Shown: positions 50,936 through 62,131 of the stretch, piece after piece
Numbering within the stretch: the stretch's first letter is position 1
Layout of the letters: each line of letters starts with the position of its first letter
Source: an uncultured SAR86 cluster bacterium
Lineage (GTDB): Bacteria > Pseudomonadota > Gammaproteobacteria > Magnimaribacterales > D2472
Direction of reading: 5' to 3'
DNA length: 64,000 nucleotides
NCBI GenBank assembly: GCA_964275585.1
Contig: CAXYCJ010000013.1
Location: forward strand, 152,021-216,020
The notes under the pieces: generated by a model
What the model was told of the DNA's origin: nothing
The model's database searches: none
Seen by the model: the letters and a program-made list of their open reading frames with translations, nothing else
Program-made: the position numbers and the translations under genes

Positions 50936-51856
50936 ATGTTTCTTAATACTGACTCAAAATATATTTGGTTAAATGGTAGGTTTCAATCATTTAATGATAC
51001 CAATATTCATCTCCTGTCTCATACGCTTCATTATGGGCTAGGTGTTTTTGAGGGGGTGAGAGCCTATGAAACATCTTATGGCGGAGCAATATTTAGATTA
51101 CAGGATCACACTGAAAGGTTATTTGATGCTGCGAAAAAAATTAACATTACCATTCCATATGCTATTGATGAATTAAATTCTATTCAAAAAGATGCGATGG
51201 TTAAAAATAGCCTCAAAGAGGGCTACATTAGACCTATTGTTTTTTTAGGTAATGAATCTATGGGCCTCAGGGCAAAAGACTTGGTCTCTGTTAATGTTGC
51301 AGTTGCTTGCTGGGAGTGGCCATCTTATATGGACCCTGATGCAAAGAAGAAAGGCATTTCAATTATTAAATCGCCATTTCAGCAATACGATAATCCCCTT
51401 TATTCAAATAATAAGATTATTGGAACATATGTGAATTCAATAATGGCTCTACATGATGCGATAGCTAAGAATGCTGATGAAGCATTATTATTAGATAAAA
51501 ATGGATATATCTCAGAAGGAAGCGGTGAGAATATTTTTATTATCAAGGATTCAGTTATCTTTACGCCGAACACTAGCTTCTGCTTAAATGGCTTGACTAG
51601 ACAGAGTGTTATTAAAATAGCAAAAGATCTTGGTTTTTCTGTAATTGAGAAAGATTTAACCTTCGATGACTTATTAGATGCTGATGAAACATTTTTCTCT
51701 GGAACAGCGGTTGAGATCACTCCTATTACTAAAGTAGAACAAAAGAATATAGGCAATGGTTCTATTGGGCCAATTACAGAAAAACTACAATTAAAATATT
51801 CTGAGATAGTTACTGGGCAGGACGAGAATTATCAAAGCTGGCTGACTAAAATTTAA
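50936..51856 (+). CDS. ilvE: Branched-chain amino acid aminotransferase
   Basis: LHYGLGVFEGVRAY, EGSGENIF, GLTR and GTAVE. Confidence 0.93.
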   Translation: MFLNTDSKYIWLNGRFQSFNDTNIHLLSHTLHYGLGVFEGVRAYETSYGGAIFRLQDHTERLFDAAKKINITIPYAIDELNSIQKDAMVKNSLKEGYIRPIVFLGNESMGLRAKDLVSVNVAVACWEWPSYMDPDAKKKGISIIKSPFQQYDNPLYSNNKIIGTYVNSIMALHDAIAKNADEALLLDKNGYISEGSGENIFIIKDSVIFTPNTSFCLNGLTRQSVIKIAKDLGFSVIEKDLTFDDLLDADETFFSGTAVEITPITKVEQKNIGNGSIGPITEKLQLKYSEIVTGQDENYQSWLTKI

Positions 51857-51871
51857 GATCATTAACGTCCC

Positions 51872-53113
51872 TTGAAAAATTTAAATATTGCTATATCTAG
51901 CTATCGGAGTGCTCCATTTGGAGGCGGGCAAGGTATTTTTATTTATGAGCTTTCTAAGGCACTTCAAAAATTAGGACATACAGTTGATATTATTTCAGGG
52001 CCTCCTTATCCAGCTCATGAGCCTAATATTAACCTTATTAAGTCACCAGGCTTAGATCTTTTCAGCACCTTTGTTTTTAAAGAGCGAGTAAAGATTTTTT
52101 TTAATAAAAAAAACAAATCTCTTGATGACTTATATGAATTCTTATCAGTTCTATTTGGCAGTTTTCCAGAAATGAAAACTTTTGGAAATAGAGTAAATAA
52201 ATTATTAAAAAATAATTCCTATGACATTATTATTGATAATCAATCAATTAGTTACGGGATGCTAAAAATTCAAGAGTCGATTCCGTTAATTGAAATTATT
52301 CATCATCCAATAACCAAAGATTATCAATATGATATGTTATTTTCAAAAGGAGTTATTCAAAAACTTTCAAAGTGGCGATGGTTCTCTTTCTTGAAAATGC
52401 AAAAAAAAGTGGCAAGCAAGCTTAATGTTATATCTACGCCATCTCATAATTCTATGAGAGATATTGAAAAGGATTTTAATGTAGCTAGAGGTAAAATAGC
52501 TGTTATTCCCAATGGAATTGATTTTAATATTTTTAGGCCTTTAAAAAATATTTCTCGTATTCCCAATAGACTAATTACCACTGCAAGTGCTGATGTGCCT
52601 CTGAAGGGATTAGATTTTACCTTAGGAGCCATCTCTTTATTGAGAGAAGACTTTCCAGATATTAAGCTAGTTGTTATTGGTAGCCCTAGACATGGAGGCC
52701 ATACTGAGAGGCTCATTCGGAAACTGCAAATAGAGGCTCATGTTTCGTTCAAAAGCAATTTAACTAAACAAGAAATTGCTCAAGAGTATTCTCAAAGCTC
52801 TGTTGCTATTGTTAGCTCTTTATACGAAGGTTTTGGTTTCCCTGTAGGTGAGGCAATGGCATGTGCAATTCCACTAATTGCAACAAATGTAGCCTCCATT
52901 CCAGAAATAACTAGTAGTTTCTGTCAACTTATCCCATCGAAAAGCTCTGAGGTAATTGCGCAATCTCTTAAAAATGTATTTAATGATCCTGATAAATATC
53001 AGCTCCTTGCAGATTCTGGGAGAAAGCACATAATCGATAATTTTGACTGGAGTAAGATAGCCCAGTTGTATGAAAATTTGATTAATAAAACAATTAAAGA
53101 TTTTAAATGCTAA
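51872..53113 (+). CDS. Glycosyltransferase family 4
   Basis: GGQG, SGPPYP, DVPLKG and YEGFGFPVGEAMAC (EX7E motif). Confidence 0.92.
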   Translation: MKNLNIAISSYRSAPFGGGQGIFIYELSKALQKLGHTVDIISGPPYPAHEPNINLIKSPGLDLFSTFVFKERVKIFFNKKNKSLDDLYEFLSVLFGSFPEMKTFGNRVNKLLKNNSYDIIIDNQSISYGMLKIQESIPLIEIIHHPITKDYQYDMLFSKGVIQKLSKWRWFSFLKMQKKVASKLNVISTPSHNSMRDIEKDFNVARGKIAVIPNGIDFNIFRPLKNISRIPNRLITTASADVPLKGLDFTLGAISLLREDFPDIKLVVIGSPRHGGHTERLIRKLQIEAHVSFKSNLTKQEIAQEYSQSSVAIVSSLYEGFGFPVGEAMACAIPLIATNVASIPEITSSFCQLIPSKSSEVIAQSLKNVFNDPDKYQLLADSGRKHIIDNFDWSKIAQLYENLINKTIKDFKC

Positions 53114-53811
53114 CTTTTAATTTTAATAAACTACATCTTTCTCCTGAATCAAAGATTTTGGATGTTGGATGTGGAGAGGGCAGGCATATTTTTGGAACAC
53201 TGCATGCTTTTGAAGATGTTTACTGTATTGGCTATGACAAAGACCTTCCTTCTTTGAAAACTTGCAAAGAGGGCTTAGAATTCTTCAAAGAACTAGATTC
53301 CAAGGCAACAGTTTTTATGCAAGGATCTGTTTATAAACTCCCATTTGAAGATAATATTTTTGATTTAATTATCTGCTCAGAGGTCCTGGAGCATCTTGAG
53401 AATTATCATGGCGCTATTGAAGAAATGCATAGAGTTCTTAAGCCGGGTGGTAAATTTCTACCAAGCGTTCCCTCATTTTGGCCTGAAAAAATTTGTTGGG
53501 CTCTTTCTCGTGAGTATCAAAATATGCCAGGGGGGCATGTAAGAATTTTTAAAAAAAATCAAATTATTTCTGAAATTCAAGATCATGGATTTAAGCATGA
53601 GGGCTCTGAAAGATTTCATGGTTTTCACAGCGCATATTGGTGGTTGAGATGCTTCTTTTGGGCAAATCAGGAATCTAATTTTTTAATTAAAAAATATAAG
53701 AAATTTTTAGAATATCAAATACTTCAAAACCCTTTCTGGCTTCGAAGGCTTGAAAACCTTATTAATCCAATATTTGGAAAAAGCATCGCTTTCTATTTTC
53801 AGAAAAAATAA
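53107..53811 (+). CDS. Class I SAM-dependent methyltransferase
   Basis: LDVGCGEGRH, LPF.D..FD.IICSEVLEH and RVLKPGG. Confidence 0.92.
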   Translation: MLTFNFNKLHLSPESKILDVGCGEGRHIFGTLHAFEDVYCIGYDKDLPSLKTCKEGLEFFKELDSKATVFMQGSVYKLPFEDNIFDLIICSEVLEHLENYHGAIEEMHRVLKPGGKFLPSVPSFWPEKICWALSREYQNMPGGHVRIFKKNQIISEIQDHGFKHEGSERFHGFHSAYWWLRCFFWANQESNFLIKKYKKFLEYQILQNPFWLRRLENLINPIFGKSIAFYFQKK

Positions 53812-54851
53812 TGACTCCTCCAAATTTTTCTAAAATTGATCCAAGTACACTTGAAGGGATGAAGCACCTTGGAAAATTTATCTCGACCATTCAGCTAACT
53901 TCTGGAGCAATTCCTTCTAATAAAAATGGTTCCCATGATCCATGGGATCACCTAGAAGCCGTGATGGGTTTAGCAACCCTTGGCTTTAATGAGGAGGCTA
54001 GAAAAGGCCTAGAATGGATGAAACTAAACCAAAATGATGATGGTAGCTGGTTTGATTCTTACCATAATAGCGAACCTTTAGCGCTCAACAAGCAATCAAA
54101 TTTTTCGACTTATATCGCTGTTGCAGTTTGGCATTACTATCTTTTAAAAAATGATCCTAATATCCTAGAGTACTTCTGGGAGACAGTAAAAAAAGGTATT
54201 ATTTTTGCCCTTTCTCTTCAGGATGAAAATGGAGCAATTGCCTGGAATCTTGATGAAGCAGACACCACAGACAAGGACTATCTCTTAACTGGATGTAGTT
54301 CAATCGCGAAGAGCCTTGAGTGTGCCATTGCTATATGCCAAGTATTAAATAAAACTGATTTTCAAGCAGATTGGATGCAATCGCATTCAAGGTTATTGAA
54401 GGCGATTGCAAATCCAGAAGGAACCTTTGATTTAACCAAAGATCGCAGCAGATTCTCAATGGATTGGTATTATCCAATTTTATCTGGTGCTTATTTGAAT
54501 GAAAATTATACAAAACTGACCACTAAACTGGAATCTGAGTTTTGGGTGGATGGTCTTGGAATAAAATGCGTATCAGACGAACCCTGGGTGACAGTGGCAG
54601 AAACTAGTGAATGCTCTATTGCCTACAAAAAATTAGGCAATGAGCAGTTTGCAAATGAGTTACTTCTTAATGCTATAGCAATAGTTGATGAAAATAATAT
54701 TCCTTTTATGGGTTGGCAATTTGAAGAGAAAATATATTGGCCTGATGAAAAGCCTTCATGGACTTCAGCTGCATGCATTTTAGCTGCAGATGCTAACAAC
54801 ACACTTACTGCAGCCTCTAGTTTATTTCTTAATAGACAGTTTAGCTCTTAA
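53811..54851 (+). CDS. Prenyltransferase/squalene-oxidase-repeat (alpha/alpha toroid) protein
   Basis: QLTSGAI, QNDDGSW and QDENGAI QW-like repeats; DPWDHLE and FSMDWYYP. Confidence 0.72.
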   Translation: MTPPNFSKIDPSTLEGMKHLGKFISTIQLTSGAIPSNKNGSHDPWDHLEAVMGLATLGFNEEARKGLEWMKLNQNDDGSWFDSYHNSEPLALNKQSNFSTYIAVAVWHYYLLKNDPNILEYFWETVKKGIIFALSLQDENGAIAWNLDEADTTDKDYLLTGCSSIAKSLECAIAICQVLNKTDFQADWMQSHSRLLKAIANPEGTFDLTKDRSRFSMDWYYPILSGAYLNENYTKLTTKLESEFWVDGLGIKCVSDEPWVTVAETSECSIAYKKLGNEQFANELLLNAIAIVDENNIPFMGWQFEEKIYWPDEKPSWTSAACILAADANNTLTAASSLFLNRQFSS

Positions 54852-55446
54852 TTAGACAAACGATTGTGTCAACTCTTTCATGGAGTACAAACCCTTCTGA
54901 TAATGCTTTTTGATAGATTAAGAATGGTGCCTGGCCACCTTCCTCTGGGTTCTCATATATATCGTGTATTACTAACGCACCACCATTTAAAATTTTAGTA
55001 TTCCAATTATTATAATCATTTTGTGCTGAGATCTCTGTATGACTACCGTCAATAAACAATAAACCTAGATCAATTGTCCATGTTGGAGCCAATGAATTAG
55101 CATTTGCAATTATAGGAATAATCCATTTGCTTTCCTCAAACTGATCAAGGTTGGACTGCAAAAGTGGTACTGTGTTCACTCGACCTAGTAATTGGTCAAA
55201 AATATCTTTATCAAAATATTCTTCACCTTCTTGGTGCTCTTCAGACCCTCTATGATGGTCAATAGTAAAAACTAACTGATTATTTATTGAAGCTCCTGCT
55301 GCAATATATAGACTCGATTTACCTCCAAATGTCCCAATCTCAATTGCTGGACCGAGAGCAGTAAATTTTTCTGACCATTTTGTTAATGCCTCTCCTTCAT
55401 GTTGCGGCATAAATCCCTTTAGGGTGTTTAGTTTATTAAAATTCAT
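54841..55446 (-). CDS. Class I SAM-dependent methyltransferase (Methyltransf_24-like)
   Basis: KGFMP, EIGTFGGKS, IDHHRGSEEHQ, LFIDGSH and IHD. Confidence 0.85.
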   Translation of the reverse strand: MNFNKLNTLKGFMPQHEGEALTKWSEKFTALGPAIEIGTFGGKSSLYIAAGASINNQLVFTIDHHRGSEEHQEGEEYFDKDIFDQLLGRVNTVPLLQSNLDQFEESKWIIPIIANANSLAPTWTIDLGLLFIDGSHTEISAQNDYNNWNTKILNGGALVIHDIYENPEEGGQAPFLIYQKALSEGFVLHERVDTIVCLIKS

Positions 55447-55450
55447 ATTT

Positions 55451-56305
55451 TTATTTGTAAAATTTTTTGCCCAATGTTGACTTAAATCTCCTATGAGCCC
55501 ATAGGTATTCAGCCGGATGTTGAAGAATTTTAGCCTCCATTAAATCATTAATCTTTTGAGCCAAGCCTATTGGATCTAATTCTTTACTATCTATCAACTC
55601 AATTTCTAGGATTAATTTTTTATTTTCATAGAAAGAATTGATAAACAAGAGACGGCATTTTGTCATATCAACAATTTTGCTAGTTGTTGTTATTGTTGAA
55701 GTTTCTTGATTAAAAAATTTTAATCGCGCAGAGTTTTCCCATCCATAATCTTGATCAATGGAATACATAACGTTCTTTCCTTCCTTGAGCCATTTAATAA
55801 ATTTTCTGGGTTTATTTTTATCAGCAGTCTCTTGGATGCTTGATAGCCTGCCTTTCGTTTGTAATGCATCCATTGATTCAGAATTATGCGATCGACTCAC
55901 TCCAAATATTGAGGCATTAAGTGCTAGAAGCCTTGCATCAAGTTCTAAGTGTTGAGAATGCTTGAATAAGAGCAAGTTACCATTGTCACTATTGGCTTCA
56001 TTTAATTGGTCTAACCCCCTTATTTCATAATTGAAATATTTATGAATTTTTTGATCTGACCAAAACCATGCTATGCCAGTCTCAAAAATAGAGCATCCAA
56101 GGCAATTAAAATTTTGCTTCAAAAGCTTTTTTTGCTCTTTAGAAGACATTAGAGGAAAGCAAACTCTGATATTGGCTTTAGCTATTCTTTTTCGCTTGGC
56201 GAATAAAATTAACAAGAGTTCCCCAAAAATATTTCCAAGAAAGCTATGCCATCCTCTGGGTAGAGAGCTAAGCCCTTGCCATAATGTAATTGTTAATCGC
56301 ATCAA
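55451..56305 (-). CDS. lpxL: Lipid A lauroyl/late acyltransferase
   Basis: IAKANIRVCFP, FETGIAW, DQDYG and PAEYLWAHRRFK; divergent from waaA. Confidence 0.8.
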   Translation of the reverse strand: MMRLTITLWQGLSSLPRGWHSFLGNIFGELLLILFAKRKRIAKANIRVCFPLMSSKEQKKLLKQNFNCLGCSIFETGIAWFWSDQKIHKYFNYEIRGLDQLNEANSDNGNLLLFKHSQHLELDARLLALNASIFGVSRSHNSESMDALQTKGRLSSIQETADKNKPRKFIKWLKEGKNVMYSIDQDYGWENSARLKFFNQETSTITTTSKIVDMTKCRLLFINSFYENKKLILEIELIDSKELDPIGLAQKINDLMEAKILQHPAEYLWAHRRFKSTLGKKFYK

Positions 56306-56366
56306 TATTATGAGTACTTAAAAATTAAAGGATGTATTATTACATTAAATTAAATATTCCTATGCC

Positions 56367-58901
<2,535 letters not shown>

Positions 58902-58961
58902 ATCTCCGGATTTAACCCCAAATTGTATTTATAATAAAATTTTATTTTAAAGGTACCTTTT

Positions 58962-60008
58962 GTGAATTGGGACAATCAAAACAATCAAGACCCTTGGGGC
59001 AGAAAGAATCAAGAAGATATTTCATTCGATGATTTAATAAAAAAGTTTTCAGCCCTGTTTGGTAAACAAGGCGGTGGCTCTAATGGCTCTAATGGCTCTT
59101 CTGGTAACAGTGGATTCAATCTTCCAACCAAGAAAACTATTATGTACGCGCTTTTTGGGTTGTTGGTTCTTTATGCATCTATGTGTGTTTATCAGCTAGA
59201 TTCTCCTGAGAGAGCAGTGATTTTAAGGTTTGGGGAATACCATGCGGAAAAAGGAGAGGGGTTAAACTTTATGCTAGCGGGTGTAGATGAGAAATATGTT
59301 GAGAACGTAGCATTAACTAGACGTTATTCTCAAACAGCTAATATGCTTACAAAAGATGAAAACTTGGTTGATGTTACTGTATCTATTCAATACAGAATTA
59401 AAAATCTTAAAGATTTTGTTTTAAATGTTAAAGATCCTGAAAGTAGCTTAAGAGAGGCCACAGAAAGCTCTTTACGCCATGTTGTTGGAGATAATACTCT
59501 TGAAGAGACATTGACCACAGGAAGAGAAGTGATAGCACAAGATGTGAATTCTAGACTTCAAAGTTACCTTGATCTATACCAAACTGGTTTAATTATTCAA
59601 CAAGTTAATATTGAAAAAACAGACCCACCTTCTGCTGTCAAAGCATCCTTTGATGACGTTGTTGCAGCAAGAGAAGATAAGGTAAAACTTCAAAATGAGG
59701 CTGAGAGATACGGTCTTTCGATCGTTCCAGAGGCAAGAGGCAGAGCGTTTGCTCGAATTCAAGCAGCAGAAGCTTACAGAGAAGAAGTGGTTGCAAATGC
59801 AGAAGGAGAAGTTTCGCGCTTTGATAAATTGTTAACTGAGTATAAAAAAGCTCCAAAAGTTACTAGAGATCGTTTGTATTTAGATGCTATGCAGAATTTA
59901 TACAGCAACTCTACCAAGGTAATGGTTGATGTAGAGGGGGGCAATAATTTAATGTACTTACCTCTAGATAAAATTATTGAGCAAAATAAATCACAGGAGG
60001 AGGACTAA
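58962..60008 (+). CDS. hflK: FtsH modulator HflK
   Basis: N-terminal W..QDPWG, MLTKDENLV, SFDDV and PKVTRDRLYLD. Confidence 0.95.
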   Translation: MNWDNQNNQDPWGRKNQEDISFDDLIKKFSALFGKQGGGSNGSNGSSGNSGFNLPTKKTIMYALFGLLVLYASMCVYQLDSPERAVILRFGEYHAEKGEGLNFMLAGVDEKYVENVALTRRYSQTANMLTKDENLVDVTVSIQYRIKNLKDFVLNVKDPESSLREATESSLRHVVGDNTLEETLTTGREVIAQDVNSRLQSYLDLYQTGLIIQQVNIEKTDPPSAVKASFDDVVAAREDKVKLQNEAERYGLSIVPEARGRAFARIQAAEAYREEVVANAEGEVSRFDKLLTEYKKAPKVTRDRLYLDAMQNLYSNSTKVMVDVEGGNNLMYLPLDKIIEQNKSQEED

Positions 60009-60880
60009 TGAATAAACGTATAAATCTTCTAGTTCTAGCTGGTCTTATTATAGCTATGGTTCTTAATAGCCTATTTGTTATTGATGAGAAAGAGGATGGG
60101 ATAGTGTTCCAGTTTGGAGAAGCAATTAAATCTGATTTGCCAACTGGCCTGAATTTTAAATTACCAATTATCCAAAATGTTAAAAAATATGACTCTAGAC
60201 TTCAAACTTTAGACGAAGAGCCTAACAGGATTTTAACAGTAGAGAGTAAATATCTAATCGTCGATTCTTTTGTAAAATATAGGATTACTGATGTTAGAAC
60301 TTTTTATGATGCAACCAGCGGAAGTTTTATTAATCTTAATAATTTATTGGGCCAAAGAACAGCTTTTGAACTCAAAAATCAATTTGGACGCAGGACTGTG
60401 ACTGAACTTGTCTCTGGAGAACGAGATCAACTAATGAAAGATATGAGAGATAACTTGGGTAACTCAGTATCTGATCTTGGAATCGAGATCATTGATTTTA
60501 GGGTTAAGCGGATTGATTTACCCCCAGAACTTAGTAATTCTGTCTATGAAAGAATGCGTTCAGAAAGAAATCGATTGGCTGAAGAGCTTCGCGCAGAAGG
60601 TGGTGAGCTATCTAATGAGATTCGCTCCACAGCTGACAGAGATCGAGTGATTCTTCTTGCAGAAGCCTATAAAACTTCTGAACAAATAAGAGGTGAGGGA
60701 GATGCTACTGCTGCAGCAATTTATGCTAATTCATTTTCTCAAGATCCTGAATTTTATGCATTTACAAGAAGTCTTAGAGGCATGGAAGCTGCTTTTAATA
60801 ATAAATCTGACTTACTTGTGATAGACCCTAAGTCAGATTTCTTTAAATATCTTAATAAATCGAAAGGCGTTAACCCTTAG
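60008..60880 (+). CDS. hflC: FtsH modulator HflC
   Basis: GLNFKLP, RVKRIDLP, RMRSER and DPEFYAFTRSL. Confidence 0.95.
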   Translation: MNKRINLLVLAGLIIAMVLNSLFVIDEKEDGIVFQFGEAIKSDLPTGLNFKLPIIQNVKKYDSRLQTLDEEPNRILTVESKYLIVDSFVKYRITDVRTFYDATSGSFINLNNLLGQRTAFELKNQFGRRTVTELVSGERDQLMKDMRDNLGNSVSDLGIEIIDFRVKRIDLPPELSNSVYERMRSERNRLAEELRAEGGELSNEIRSTADRDRVILLAEAYKTSEQIRGEGDATAAAIYANSFSQDPEFYAFTRSLRGMEAAFNNKSDLLVIDPKSDFFKYLNKSKGVNP

Positions 60881-60885
60881 GCGAC

Positions 60886-62109
60886 ATGAGCAATAATACC
60901 CTTATTCTAGGATTGCAATGGGGGGACGAAGGCAAGGGTAAGATTGTTGATGCGTTGGCAGAAAACTCTGAAGTAGTTTGTCGATTTCAGGGCGGACATA
61001 ATGCTGGACATACATTAAAAGTTGATGGCGAGCAAAAAGTTCTTCACCTAGTTCCATCTGGTATTCTTCATCCTTCGGTTCATTGTGTCCTTGGTAATGG
61101 AATTGTATTGTCATTGCCTGCCCTTCAACAAGAAATCACTGAACTTGAAGAGAGTGGGATTAATTTTACTGATCGTTTTTATGTAAGCGGTGACTGCGCT
61201 TTGATTCTTCCTACTCACATAGCCATAGATAAGGTTAGAGACCAATCTGAAGGAATTGGTACAACCGGAAGAGGAATTGGACCTGCTTATGAAGATAAAG
61301 TTGCAAGAAGGGCAATTCGTTTTAGTGATTTGCAAGACCTTGATAAATTACAGAGTAGGCTAGAAAAATTAGTTGATTATCATAATAAAATTCTAGTACA
61401 TTTATATAATGCAGAGCCAATACCTTTTCAGGATGTATTAGAGGAGCTCCAAAATTATCAAAGTCTATTTCAGAAGTTTCATTCTGGTACTCAGGACTTA
61501 TTAAGAGGATGGGTCAAGGATAATAAAAAAATTATTTTTGAAGGCGCTCAAGGCTCAATGCTAGATATTGATCATGGAACCTATCCCTATGTCACTTCCT
61601 CTAGCACAACAGCTGGCGGCCTCTCAACTGGTTTGGGAGTTGGTCCAAAGTATGTTGATACTATTCTTGGCATTACCAAAGCCTACACAACAAGAGTTGG
61701 GGAAGGACCATTTGCTACAGAGCTATTTGATGCAAATGCCGATCAACTTGCAAAGGTTGGGCATGAATTTGGAGCCACAACTGGTCGCCCAAGAAGATGT
61801 GGCTGGTTGGACTTAAAAGCTCTAGAAACTATCGTTTTTATTAACTCTGTAACAACATTATGCATTACAAAATTAGATGTTTTAGATGGCTTCTCAGAGA
61901 TTCAAGTTTGCGTTGATTATGGTAAGGAGCAAAACCCAATTTATAAAACGCTGCCTGGTTGGAAGCAAGAAACTTCGGGCATAAGAGATTTTAACGATTT
62001 ACCTCAAGCAGCGCAGGACTATATAATGTTTATTGAAAATGTTTTAGATTGTCCAGTTGGCATAGTTTCAGTTGGGCCTTCAAGAGACCAGACTATTTAT
62101 AGAGCCTAA
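60886..62109 (+). CDS. purA: Adenylosuccinate synthetase
   Basis: QWGDEGKGK, GGHNAGHT and GATTGRPRRCGW. Confidence 0.97.
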   Translation: MSNNTLILGLQWGDEGKGKIVDALAENSEVVCRFQGGHNAGHTLKVDGEQKVLHLVPSGILHPSVHCVLGNGIVLSLPALQQEITELEESGINFTDRFYVSGDCALILPTHIAIDKVRDQSEGIGTTGRGIGPAYEDKVARRAIRFSDLQDLDKLQSRLEKLVDYHNKILVHLYNAEPIPFQDVLEELQNYQSLFQKFHSGTQDLLRGWVKDNKKIIFEGAQGSMLDIDHGTYPYVTSSSTTAGGLSTGLGVGPKYVDTILGITKAYTTRVGEGPFATELFDANADQLAKVGHEFGATTGRPRRCGWLDLKALETIVFINSVTTLCITKLDVLDGFSEIQVCVDYGKEQNPIYKTLPGWKQETSGIRDFNDLPQAAQDYIMFIENVLDCPVGIVSVGPSRDQTIYRA

Positions 62110-62131
62110 GCTCTTTTTTTCTAGGAGACCG

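Noticed and set aside
59075..59099. TGGCTCTAA tandem repeat in hflK
   Set aside because: It encodes the ordinary Gly/Ser/Asn linker of HflK
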